A stretch of DNA of 63,799 nucleotides, the filler included, from Nemertoderma westbladi (Eukaryota > Animalia > Xenacoelomorpha), in the NCBI GenBank assembly GCA_032718475.1. It is 3 parts of 3 records of this genome, joined end to end, with 100 filler letters (N's around TTAATTAATTAA, not from the genome) between each part and the next. Parts side by side here need not be neighbours in the genome. Positions count along the whole stretch, not along the records: positions 22,349 to 49,239 come from JAUCBJ010001202.1; 2 more parts are not named here. The stretch is one strand, 5' to 3'. Made by a program: the position numbers and the translations under genes. Positions within the stretch are counted from its first letter, which is position 1. Each line of letters begins with the position of its first letter. Under the pieces are notes generated by a model that saw only the letters and a list, made by a program, of their open reading frames with translations, did no database searches and was not told the origin of the DNA. Shown piece by piece: positions 37,634 through 49,339 of this stretch.

Positions 37634-37884
37634 TCCCTGTTAACAACTCTCCAATATGTGATCTGCCGACTACGAGTTGGTTAGATCGAGTTTGTTGATT
37701 AATTAAACCACAACTTTGTCTTAACTCAAATACCAGAGTTTCCTCGTAGTGGGTGCTGGGTAAGCACGGAGAGAGTTTGAAGAGTATTGAAGAATTCCCA
37801 ACTTCCACCAGTTGAATGAAGTTGGCCGCGTTTAATTCTCAATTTTGACACCCTGTCAAAATTGACCGTGTTAATTCTCAATTT

Positions 37885-39381
37885 TGTTGCCGTTATCCCA
37901 ACACCAGGGGGGAAAAACGCCAATGCTGGAGACGTGACTTTACAGACCACAGAGTCCCGGCCAGTCACCGGATATTGATTGTGGAGAAGGAATGATTTCT
38001 GAGATGCAAGGTTGCGGTTGAGGAAAAGCTGCATTGGTTGGATATACTCTTTAATGTAACTTCCCTACAGTTGAACCCTGATTGAGAATTAATTGCGCTT
38101 CCCCAAATCAATATACACCAAATATTCACAATAATTATACACGACAATATAAATTCCTACAGTATATTATTTAATTACCCACTGTTCGCTCAGATTTTAG
38201 CCTAACTAATGTTCCCCAGATTTTCCCTCGGTCCTAGTCTTAGTGCCGTAGTGTCGGTGTCGGTCGACCCTGTTGCGTGTCCGTTCCACCCCTCCCGAAC
38301 CCCGAAGGGATCGATCATCGAGAACCAGCACGGCTTGGCTAAGGGTCGGTCCAGTCGGTAGACTCTGTTGCTTATCCGTCCCACCCCTCCTGAACCCCGA
38401 AGGGATCGATCATCGAGAACCAGTACGGCTTGGCTAGGAGTCTGTCATGTCGGTGGACCCGTTCGCGTATCCGTCCCACCCCTCCCGATCCCCGAAGGGA
38501 TCGATCATCGAGAACCAGTACGGCTTGGCTAAGGGTCCGTCGGTTCATCGCAGAGACCCAACCACCTAGGCTTTCCGAGTCCTTATTCAGGCTCGTAGTC
38601 GCTTCGGCAGCCGAGAAACTGCTCCAAACAGTCGGTAGGCCAGTAGAGTCCAGTCCTTTGTCTTTCGACCCCGTCGCATGTCCGTCCCACCCCTCACGAA
38701 CCCCGAAGGGAACGATCATCGAGAACCAGTACGGCTTGGCTAAGGGTTCTGTCGTCGGTTCCCGTCGCAAATCCCTGGCACAAGCAGCAGACTTTCCGAT
38801 GTCCTTTTCAGGCTCGTAATAACTGCTGTTGACCAGAGACCGCTAAGGGCAGTCCTTGTCAAACCCTTCCTCTGTAAGTCGGCCAACCCTTTCGCATGTC
38901 CGTCCCACCCCTAGCGAACCCCGAAGGGATCGGTCATCGAGAACCAGTACGGCTTAGCTAAGGGGGCTGTCGTTTCCTGTCGCGAATCCCTGGCACAAGC
39001 AGCAGACTTTCCGATGTCCTTTTCAGGCTCGTAATAACTGCTGTTGGCCAGGGACTGCTAAGGGCAGTCCTTGTCCTTTAGGCCTGGCGCGTTACCAAAT
39101 CCACCTCTACAGGCAGCAGGAAGTTGGCCAGGGCCTAATAGTACTCACTCAGGCTAACCTGAATACTGCTTAACTTTTGCCTCCCACCCCTGGCCCTTAT
39201 AAACATGAAATTATTCCCGTACCCTGTAAGTTGCCCCAATATTCGCCCATAAATCGCCCCCAGTTCATTGAATGTGCCCAAAACCCATGGTCCGCACCCA
39301 GTAGTGATATCGGAATAATCATTTTAAATATATACAAAAAATATTCAACTCGCATTATGAAAAGTTGAAATACCGCGAACA
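37885..39381 (-). repeat. 5' LTR (1497 bp)
   Basis: Matches 26609-27975 plus one extra motif unit and a ~30-bp insert. Confidence 0.95.
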
Positions 39382-39419
39382 TTAATATTGATTTGTTATA
39401 ATTACTTTATTAATTACCT

Positions 39420-39640
39420 TAACGCAAATCTAATCTCGGCGAATTAATGTCTCGAACTCAATGATAAATTATCAATTTAGGGAAAGGAGCAGGTTACAGT
39501 GGCACGTTATTCTAACCTAAACAATTTACGAATGTCAATAGAAAGGTTACCCTTTGATTTTTTAGAAGTAATCAGCTGTTATTTGAGTCGAATTTCCGCT
39601 GGAGAGGGGTGAATTGCGATTGAGTATGGAAAGTCCCCCC
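39420..39640. repeat. Interspersed MITE-like repeat family (also ~51870-52110, ~56515-56745, ~57420-57570)
   Basis: Shared AGCAGGTTACAGTGGCACGTTATTCTAACC core or its reverse complement. Confidence 0.65.
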
Positions 39641-39721
39641 TATCTGATTTTTCACTACCGGTAATTAATATAATTTAATTAAATATTGTTTCCCTTGTAT
39701 CTCCAACAATATTGCCTTTAG

Positions 39722-39905
39722 ATTGTTTGACGATGGCATCATCAACTGGGGTCGGATTATCACCCTTCTACTATTCGGTTATAAACTCGCAGTTGAATCC
39801 TTTAAACGCGGATTCAACGAGTTCATATCGAGTATCATCAGCTACGTAGCCAAGTTTATTATACTCGAGAAAATCTACAGTTGGGTTGCCGATCAGGGCG
39901 GCTGG
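39722..39905 (+). CDS. BAK1: Bak-like protein, exon 3 (BH1 and BH2)
   Basis: Acceptor TTTAG|, phase matches exon 2; LFDDGIINWGRIITLLLFGYKLA (BH1), WVADQGGW|GT (BH2 with the family-typical intron); TM exon not seen. Confidence 0.9.
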
Positions 39906-40049
39906 GTTAGTTACAGTGCTGCCCCCTAGTGTTTATTTATTTATTATGTTTGTAATTCTACATAACTTTTACCTCTTTGTGTGAAAATTAGAATTTATCG
40001 GAGTTTTGATACACGAGGGCAGCCCGATTTGGAAGATTTGTTTTCGATT

Positions 40050-40300
40050 TGATTTGATTTCGAGGATTTGGAAGTCACCGAGAATTAATCGGAAACTTAA
40101 GGTCCGATTATTTAGAGCAGCAGTAGTTCCAGTACTCCTCTATGGGAGTCCATGCTGGGCTCTAACTGCTGAGGACACCAAATCTCTGGATGGCACATTC
40201 ACAAGAATGCTACGCCGGGTTCATTGTGTCAAGTAGAATGCACACAACTCCAACCAGACACTATATAACATTGGAGGTGTCTCATTGGTTCACCCAAGCT
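40050..40300 (+). pseudogene. RTE-like LINE 3' fragment
   Basis: RIWKS..KLKVRLFRAAVVPVLLYGSPCW..LDGTFTRMLR. Confidence 0.7.
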
Positions 40301-41120
40301 TGACACTAGAACAAAGCCGATCCCAATCTAGTATCGGGTGTGGGGTGGAACTATTTTTCTTGGAGCCGGCTTTCCAGGCCGCTCCCTATGGGTATGATAT
40401 TGCTACCCCGTCCTGGTACAACTCTACCTATCTTGTACCAAGACATCTGGCGTCCCGTGTTGGGCCGATCGTGCGCTTCTTTCACACAATTTTTGCTTCC
40501 CCAACACTTTCGCCCTAACTCTCCTCCACTCTCACCCTAACCCTTACATACTCTCGGACCTCTTCGTCCCTCACTCCACCTCTTACTTCTCCCCCCCCCT
40601 CACACTTGAATTGCGGCCACACTCTCTCCACACTCCGCACTATCACTTCACCGCTCGACCCCTCTTCTCACTCACTCATCTCTGACTGACGAGTCTCACG
40701 CCCCTTCTGTGCCGTCGCACTCGAGAGGAATGTGAAGTCGTCTAGTATCTGTCTCGTTTGTGGTGTATAGTGCCATAGTCAACTAGTCCCCCGTCCCAGT
40801 AGCTAATTGGAAAAGGTTATTTTGGCTATAGTACTTACTTTGAATATATTTGCTTACTAAACTAATAATAATTGCTATGTACGTACATATTAATTGCACT
40901 TTTCAATTATTTAGGTTACTTGAATTCGTACTTAAGAGTTCGCACGTCTCACATGGTGCCATCCAGGCACACCACATCGAAGTCTTAGTTCGTTCCACCT
41001 GACTTTGGGAACCACCTCAACTCCTTCCCCCTGTCGTCCTCCTCCCTTGGTCGTTTCTTGGTTGCTGCCGCTCCCTTGGCCTTATCTCCCTTCAGGCCCC
41101 TGACCTTCGCCGTCACCTCT

Positions 41121-43529
41121 TTACTGACCCTGCTGTCTCCCCCTGGTGGCGTCCCATAGGATCGTTTTCATCGCCTGCGGCACATGCTTTGCCAAGAAAT
41201 CTCTAAACTCCCCTCGGTTCTGTGGCGTCCACTTGTCCAAATACCTTTGCGTATTTATCACCCCGGCATACGACGCCGCCGTTGCTACCTCCTGGTAGGT
41301 AAATGGAAGTCTTTGCTTGATAATCTCGAGGTGGGCCTCCTGGTTAATATTGAAGAAACCCCACCGGAACTCCTGGGCCTTCATACGTTGCCGTGTCATG
41401 GCACCGACGTCGGCCCACTCCTCGAAGATTCTAAACTTATCTTCGTCGTCCATCCAGTCGCACTGGCGTCTGTAGTGCCCCCGAAAGTTACACTTCGAAC
41501 ATCGGTTGTGCAACCGTGGACACGCCCCCATCCTGTGGCTCGACTCGCGGCAGTAGAGACAACTAGTTCCTTTCTGGAACTGGTACAGACAGCTCCTTTC
41601 TTGGTGGGTCTGTCTCCCACAGTAATCACAGCCGAGCACCAATGTCTCCTGCCCCACATTGTCTTTCGTCCCAAGCGATCTCCGCGGTCTGTGGAGTTGC
41701 TGGTAAGCGAATTTCTGGACGTTAGCGTCCCTGTCCACATCGATCTCCTCGCCCCTCCCGGGCATCGTCTCTCCGAATACTACCCGTGGTGCTGTCCCCG
41801 GTTGCTCGCCCAACCTGATGGTGCTCCCCGCGAAATCCATCGCCGGCTCCTCATGCACCCAGGCCCGCTTGCCGGGTCTATCCCAGAAGGCTCTCGCCCC
41901 ACCGGCCGTCACCACCCTCCCGCCAACCCAGTCCGTGTCCGAGTGGCCTATCCTCGCGATGGGCGGCATATCTCCGAACTCGTCGTCATCCTCGTCCTCC
42001 TCTGGGAGTGGCTCCAACCCCGGTATCCCGGTGGACCCACTGTGTCCCTTCCCACCTTCGCTCTCGCCCGTGGCTCTCCACCCTTCTAGCTCTCCTAACC
42101 TCCTTAGCGGGTGATCGCCCTCGGCGCCCGCTGGTATGGGCGTCGTCTGCAACCCCAATGTCGACTGTTTCGGTGATCCCACCGTCCATCCTAACTCTCG
42201 CCCTAGAGACTCCCCCGAACTCCCTGACGACGTCCAACGAAGTTTGCCTAAGGCCGCCTGTTCCTCGAAGCCATAGCTCTGCGCCCTAGCTTCCTCCTCC
42301 CTCTCTTCTGCTTCTCTCCTCTCCTGTCTAGCGATTTCTTCCAATCGCTTCGCTTCTCGTCTGTCCGCCTCTAGCTGCTCCCATCTCTGATGTGGCGTAT
42401 CTACCTCCCTGTCCACTAGATGTTGGCAGGTATAGTACACCGACTCGCCCTTCAGCCCCGGGTGGTCTACCAGACCCTCGAAAGCCGTCTTAAAGGCTCT
42501 TCTGTAGCTCAGGGGTGATCCCGATAGCAGGAATGCTGTTGGTTCCTTCCCAATGACGACGGTCATGAATAGGTTTAACAAACCCATCATTATCCAGTCC
42601 TCCTGCAGGATATATCGCTTCTGATATACCTTTATCGCTCCTCTTCGGAATTGATACACCTCTTGTTTCCCTGGCCTCGCTCCCCACTTCAGCGAGTTCG
42701 CTAACTCTGCTCCGTACTCTTCTCTGAACTTCCCCCAGTCCATTGGTTTGTGACACACGAGCCCCAATAGCTGGCCCATCACCACCGCTCCACAATGGCC
42801 TGTGTTCTCGACTAGTCCCAACCTGTCTGGTGCTGTCATAGCCATTAAGACCGTCTGCATGTCCAGAAGGTTGGGGGTGTCCGGACCGATGATTCTCTCC
42901 GCATCGTCGTGAATCGCCGATCCCACTTTCGTTGTCGACTTCTCTCTCACTAGAATTTGCACCGCCTTCGGCAACCGGTTCAACTTCGGCCCGTCCTTCT
43001 TCCCATACGTCCCCAGATTGAATAGGAAAATATCCCCATTTGGCGCAGCCAAATGTAGGAGTATGGTTCTGGCCGATCCCGCCGGTCATCTCCTCGAACC
43101 CTCCTCGTCTTCCACGGTTCCTTCGTCGTCTAGGATCATGTATCCTCCCCTGCTGACGGACTCTACAAATCTCTTCCAATCTTTCCCCGGCGGCTCCCTC
43201 GTGTACTTCGGAATCCCGAACTTTGCCTCGTCTCCTTTCATCACATAGTGGAAATGCCCGAAGATTGCATTGTCTAGCGACGGTGTCCCGTAGGTCCCGA
43301 CCAGTCGCTGTTCATGCACCTCCCTGAAATGGTCCTGCAGAGCTCGCGCTTTGTGACCCCTCTCCAGCCGCTCGTAGTATCCCCTCGTCTTCACTTCCGG
43401 ATGCCTCTCGGTGAAATCCACCAGTATCTCCTTTCTTCCTAGCTCCGCCTTTCTCTTTCGCACAAGTTTGCTCGCCATCTCGAACTCTGCCCGATCGCTC
43501 ACCCGTTGGGTGGTGCCTTGCCAAGGCAC
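41121..43529 (-). CDS. Extra ORF3 of BEL element 2: DEDDy exonuclease-like domain, coiled coil and three CCHC zinc knuckles (one in-frame stop at 43086-43088)
   Basis: YMILDDEG (ExoI-like), ILLHLAAPNGDIFLFNL, LPKAVQILVREKSTTKVGSAIHDD (ExoII), YQKRYILQED (ExoIII-like); CDYCGRQTHQERSC, CLYCRESSHRMGAC, CSKCNFRGHYRRQC. Confidence 0.7.
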
Positions 43530-43964
43530 AATAGGATGAGTGATAGGTTAAGATGGTTTATTTCAGTTCGATGGCCTACCTCTCTCTGGATTACTATGTT
43601 AAATAGCCTAAATTTCACTACTTTATTTCTGAAGCTACTAAATTGTACCCTAAATTGCGATTTTTGTCCGTTACTTTAATAATGTTCCAGAATTTTCTTA
43701 TTACTGTTACCATAATTTGTTTAATTTCAATTTCTTATTTTATTTTAATATTTTAATTTAATTCAATCCTACTGTGCTACTACCTACTATTGCCTATGGA
43801 TTATTCTGTTTCATAATTTCAGAATTCACATTCTGGCCTACTCTGTTGGCCTGTGCAGTACAGCAGTATGCGTCGCGTGGCCTACACGATTTATCCAGCT
43901 GTACTCATATACCCCCCTCTCGCTACTCACTACCAACTAATATCTATACTATATATACCCTTCT

Positions 43965-44645
43965 ACCTCTTACTCTTACTAACCGGTACTACGTACCCTC
44001 TTTCTAACCTCTAACCCTCTCTTAACTAACTAGCAGTACTACGTACCCTCTTACTAACCTCTAACTCTCTCTAACTAACTAACGGTACTACGTACCCTCT
44101 TACTAACCTCTAACTAACTAATGGTACTACGTACCCTCTTACTAACCTCTAACTCTCTAATGGTACTACGTACCCTCTTACTACTCTAACTGTACTACGT
44201 ACCCTCTTACTAACCTCTAACACTCCTAACTAACGGTACTACATACCCTCTTACTAACCTCTAACTCTCTCTACTAACTAATGGTACTACGTACCCTCTT
44301 ACTAACCTCTAACTCCACTCTTACTAACTAACGGTACTACGTACCCTCTTACTAACTCCTCTAACACTCCTAACTAACGGTACTATGTACCCTCTTACTA
44401 ACTCTTACTCTCCTAACGGTACTACGTACCCTCTTACTAACCTCTAACACTCCTAACTAACAGTACTACATACCCTCTTACTAACCTCTAACTCTCTCTA
44501 CTAACTAACGGTACTACGTACCCTCTTACTAACCTCTAACTCTACTCTTACTAACTAACAGTACTACGTACCCTCTTACTAACTCCTCTAACACTCCTAA
44601 CTAACGGTACTATGTACCCTCTTACTAACTCTTACTATCTAACTT
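43965..44645. repeat. Tandem array with conserved GTACTACGTACCCTCTTACTAAC core and variable (CTAA/CTCT) spacers, ~15 units
   Basis: Directly visible; lies between the integrase stop and ORF3. Confidence 0.9.
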
Positions 44646-44791
44646 CTATCTGCCTACTTACTGCGTGCCTAGTTATGTACTATTATTTATTATTATTTTT
44701 ATTTATTTTATGTGTGGGAAGGGCGCCTCGCCCTCAATCCCACCCCCCTCAGTCCAAAACTTGGACGACTAAACTCCTCTCTTACTCTACT

Positions 44792-46860
44792 CTAAGGTGC
44801 TCCTTCTAGTAGACAGCACTTCCTTACAGCCCTTCTGTAGGTCTTCCTGTCTTTCGCACCTATCTTGCCACCTATCCGTACTTCTACCAATCGGACTCTT
44901 CCGTCCTCATCGGAGTAAGTGCCCACAACTCTCGCCAACCGCCACTGGTTGTTGATGATGGTATCTTCCGTGACGATCACTAGATCACCCTTCTTTAACT
45001 CTCTTCTGGTGTTCCTCCACTTGCTTCTTCTGTGAAGCGTGGGTAGATATTCCTCAACCCACCTCCTCCAATACTCTGCGCTTATCGCCTTAGCGACTTT
45101 CCAACTCTGGCGGGAGTGTATGTCATCTGGGTCTACACCCCGCATATCGATGGTCGCTGGCCTTTCCATTAGAAAATGGCTGGGCGTCAGCACGTCTATG
45201 ACTCAGGGTCATCATTCTCTGTATATAGCGGTCTGCTATTAATGATACCCTCACACTTCGCAAGTACTGTTCTTAGCACGTCCTCCTTAACCATATGGGT
45301 GTTCATCAACTTTGTCATCAGACGCTTCGAACTACCCACGAGTCTCTCGACGCATCCTAGGGTATGCGGAGCATACGGCGTCCTCCTCTCCCACTTTACT
45401 TGTCGTCATCTCATGGCTGCCCTGACTTCCTCCCCTTCCAGGATATCCAAGGCCTCTGCCATCTCGTTCTCCGCCCCCACAAAGTTGGTCCTGTTGTCGG
45501 AGTATATTACTGCGATCGTCCCACCTTTGCGGTCTCTAAACCTTTCTAAGGCATTAATGAATGCCGATGTGGTTGCATCTTGGGTGAGTTCTATTCCTAC
45601 CGCCCGCATGTTGTTACATACGAAGATGATACCGTAGCGTTTCTCCATGTGCCGCATCACCTTGATCTTTATCGGCCCGAACATGTCCACACCGCAATGC
45701 GTAAATGGCGGGTCGTGCTGTCTTACCCTACTCGCCGGTAGTGGTGCCATCTCCTGTATGGCTCGCTCCTTCTTCGCTCGTCGCCAGGTCTGGCACTGCC
45801 CCACTACCGCCTTTACCTTCTTCCTCAACTGTTTGACCCAAAAGGTCCTCCTTATCTCCGTGAGGGTTTGGTTGGTGCCCCCGTGCAATATCGACTTGTG
45901 GGAGTCCCAGATAATCTGGTGGACTATCGGCGATCCTGTGGGGATGATGATGGGCTTTGGCGGTATCACGATACTGTTGTTGTTCAATACCCTAGAGTTC
46001 ATTACTAGGATCCCGTCACCATTAAGCTGTGGTGACAGCGTGATCAGCTCGCTGTCCCGTCGGAGATGCTGCTGTTTACCAACGCGTTTCACCTCGTCGC
46101 CGTAGTTCTTCCTTTGCTCATAGCGGATGATTGCTTTGGCCGCTCCCTCTAGATCGATCGTTGTTCTAACTTTTATGTCTCTGTCGACTCCCTTGAGGAA
46201 ATCCCCGAAGGCTCTCCAGTACGCCACTAATTTCTTGGTCTTGTACCAACTAGAACTGTAGCTAAGGAGTTTGTCCGTCGGGTTGTCGCACAGTTCTCCT
46301 GGTTTTGGTTGCACGTCCCTTATCTCCCTCTGAATCTCCCTCTTCTCCCTCTAACGCTACTTCTCCTACGCCCGGGTCCACCTTTCTCATCGGTGGCCAG
46401 GCCTCCTTATCGCTCAGAAACTGTGGCCCGTGTTGCCACAATACTTCCTTTTTTAAGAAAGTGTGGTATGCCACGCCCCTCGATAACAAGTCCGCTGGGT
46501 TCTCGTCCGTTGGGCAGTAGTGCCACCTTTCCAACTCTGTGGTCGCCCTTATTTCGTCCACTCTATTCGCGACGAATATAGGGTATCTCGTCCTTTCGTT
46601 ATGTAGCCAACCAAGCACTACCATGGAGTCCGTCCAGTAGTGTGTTTCCACTATGTTGGGAATAGCGTCCATTAAGTAGGCCGTGGCCCTAACTCCTAGC
46701 CTCGCAGCTGTCAATTCGAGTTTTGGGACCGATACTGAATCTGGTGGCGTCGACTTTGCCTTGCTGAAGGCGAGTCTGGGCTTGTGAGCCCCCTCTCGTT
46801 GTACTAAATAGAGTGCCGCTCCGTATGCCTCCAATGACGCATCGGAGAACATGTGCAGAT
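44792..46860 (-). pseudogene. BEL/Pao RNase H and integrase of element 2, frameshifted
   Basis: FSDASLEAYGA, ENPADLLSRG, H..ILHGG, VDMFGP, SDNRTNF, LTPSHFL. Confidence 0.9.
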
Positions 46861-47429
46861 CCAGATTACTACAGAGATCCAGATCCTACTAACTACACGG
46901 CCTACCAGGCCCTCATCTGTCGGGTTGTACACGTCCGATGCGTTCACATTAATAGCACCACTGGTATTGCCATTGGTTAGATCAATTAAATCTTCTAACT
47001 CAATTAAATCATTTTGTGCGCCAAAATTAGAAACGGAATTATTTTGTTCATTCGAGATAAGATTATTTGAATTATTTTGCGTGACTACATTATTTGAATT
47101 ATTTTGCGTAATTTCATTATTTGAATTATTTTGTAAATTCGAATTCGGATTATTATTTAAATTATTTGGATTATTTGTATTTAAATTTAAATTACTACTA
47201 GGCCTACTAGGTAAAATATTTCCTGCAATAAAGGTTTGGTTAGAATTATCCAATACGGTACTATTAACATTAACGTCGTCTACTGTATTATTATTATTAC
47301 CCCCCCCCCCCCCCCCCCCCCCCGCCCGTACGGTCACACCAGTCTCGGGTCTGTCGTGCGGTCCCTGTAAGTGGGGTATTAATAAATGTTTCCACGACCC
47401 TTGGCTCCTCGAAAGCACTCAAGCCGGCG

Positions 47430-48772
47430 TCACTCTCTGACAATAATTGACAACCCCATCTGCGCCAGTTCCAGTCTGCGCTTCTGTCTGGTTTGATACT
47501 CAATAAGTCCGCTTATGCGGGCATGTAAATCATCCCGCACACGCTTTCCCGCTCTCTCTCTCTCTGTATCCTCTTGCAAATTCTGTCTCACTAACTCTGT
47601 TTCTCTCGCCTCACGCTCCTTACGTTCCGCCTCACGCTCCTTACGTTCCACCTCACGCTCCTTACGTTCCGCCTCGCGCTCCTTTCGCTCACTTTGCTAT
47701 CTCGCCTCACGCTCCTCTCGCTCACTATGCTCTCTCGCCTCACGCTCCTCTCGCTCACCATGCTCTCTCGCCTCACGCTCCTCTTGCTCCTTCCTCCCTA
47801 TTTCCTCACGCTCCCTAAAGCTTCTCGCGACCCTCTCAGCTTTCTCTCTATTTTCTCTAACTAGTTCTTTCTCCTTCTCTAATAGCGCACTCTCTTCCTC
47901 TAACCATCTCTCGAATTCTCTCTGACTTTGCGCCGCCAGATCGAGTTGGCACGCCAGATTTATTGCCGCCACCCGTTTTTCTTTTGCGGAGGATGTAGCA
48001 GACTTATCGGTTGTGACGGATTCCCTCCGTCTTCCCGTCCTACTAACTTTCCCCCGCCTCCTGGAACTTCCTCCGACCGACGAGACCAAATCCTCGGGGT
48101 TTACCTCGGATTCGCCCTCCTGTGGTCTCCTCCAGCCCACTAATTTTAGTCCCCGGGCATCGACTAAGTATGGCCCTATGTACACTACACTAGGCTGCAT
48201 ACCCCTACACTCCCATAGTTCAATCAGTTCGCTGGCAACCCCCCTCGCTCTCTCCTCGGCTAGTTCTCTCTGCCCAAAACGCATTAGATAGTTAAAGTGT
48301 TCATTCGACTCACCTAGTCGCATTTTCAACTTCACCTGGTCTATCTTGGCCCCTCCTTTGGTCTCTTTAAGTAGCTTCCGGGTCGCGTTGTAGGCCCGTC
48401 GAAGTCGATCGCTGACCCCGACGTCCTCGTCGCTGACATCTCCTCTATCTCTCCGGGTCCGGCGTCATACCGGCGGCCCCACCGTCGCCATACCGGCGGC
48501 CCCACCGTCGCCGTTCCGGTGGGCCGTCCGTCGCCCTCGGTCTGTGGCTGGCCGGCGACGTCGGCACGTTGACTGCCGTCGTGTGTTGACTCGTCTCTCT
48601 CTGCTCCCGACTCGCTCTCTAGTTGTAGACGGCCCCCCTCGTCTTGGATTACCGGATCCCCCGTTGTCGATGGGTCCGGTGTCGTGGGTCGGTACCGTCG
48701 CGTCGCGGCCTCGCGGATCGTTAGATCGCCGTCCGGGGTCCGCGGTGGTGTCGTCTCTCCTGTTCGACTCAT
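47430..48772 (-). pseudogene. gag-like N-terminal region of element 2 with E/R repeats
   Basis: Consecutive broken ORFs with EREEREAREH and ERKEREA repeats, analogous to element 1 gag. Confidence 0.6.
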
Positions 48773-49239
48773 CTTGTACTTAGCTGGTGATGACTTATCA
48801 GTTAGTTAGGCAGCAGTTGGTTCTAATTACTGTGACGGGATCCACGAAGGATCCCGGTTTATCCGGTTTCTAATCTACGCGTCCCCGCCGTGTGTGAAAA
48901 GGTAAAAGGAGTTATTGATCGGTGTATATAGTTTCACGGGTATAATAGTATAAGATAATGCAAGTGTACCGGTATATGATATATGTATTATTGGCAGTAG
49001 ACGGAAGACGGTAATTAGAGTTCCGGTTCTACCCTAGCTAACTGACTTACTACAAGTGAATGAAATGATTACTGTACTGATAATATATATTGCACGGTTG
49101 GCCGTGTTGCATAACTTAATAATTTAATTGACTAATTGACTTAATTACTAATAACTTAATTGTCGCCCTTTCACCTCCCTTGGAGTGTTTCCCTTCACTC
49201 CTGCTATTCTCTCTCTCTCAGGGGTGTAACCCCTGACCC

Positions 49240-49339
49240 NNNNNNNNNNNNNNNNNNNNNNNNNNNNNNNNNNNNNNNNNNNNTTAATTAATTAANNNNN
49301 NNNNNNNNNNNNNNNNNNNNNNNNNNNNNNNNNNNNNNN
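49240..49339. other. Artificial contig linker (N-TTAATTAATTAA-N)
   Basis: Same 100-base spacer as at 22249. Confidence 0.95.

Larger units (their letters stand above)
26609..39381 (-). mobile_element. Full-length BEL/Pao LTR retrotransposon (12.8 kb), antisense in Bak intron 2
   Basis: TG..CA LTRs at 26609-27975 and 37885-39381; TSD TTAAT at 26604-26608 and 39382-39386; G-rich PPT abutting the 3' LTR; gag-PR-RT-RH-IN order. Confidence 0.95.
40312..49239 (-). mobile_element. Second BEL/Pao element, non-autonomous (PR/RT missing), 5' end running into the gap
   Basis: gag-like 48772-47430; RNase H 46860-46262; integrase 46314-44792; ORF3 43529-41121; probable LTR edges ..TCTCACA (40953) and TGTGTGAAAA (48891); LTR limits uncertain. 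Confidence 0.8.

Noticed and set aside
39978-39987. TGTGTGAAAA match to 48891-48900 as the outer end of element 2's 3' LTR
   Set aside because: Only 10 bp match and the following sequence differs; cannot be confirmed because the 5' LTR runs into the gap
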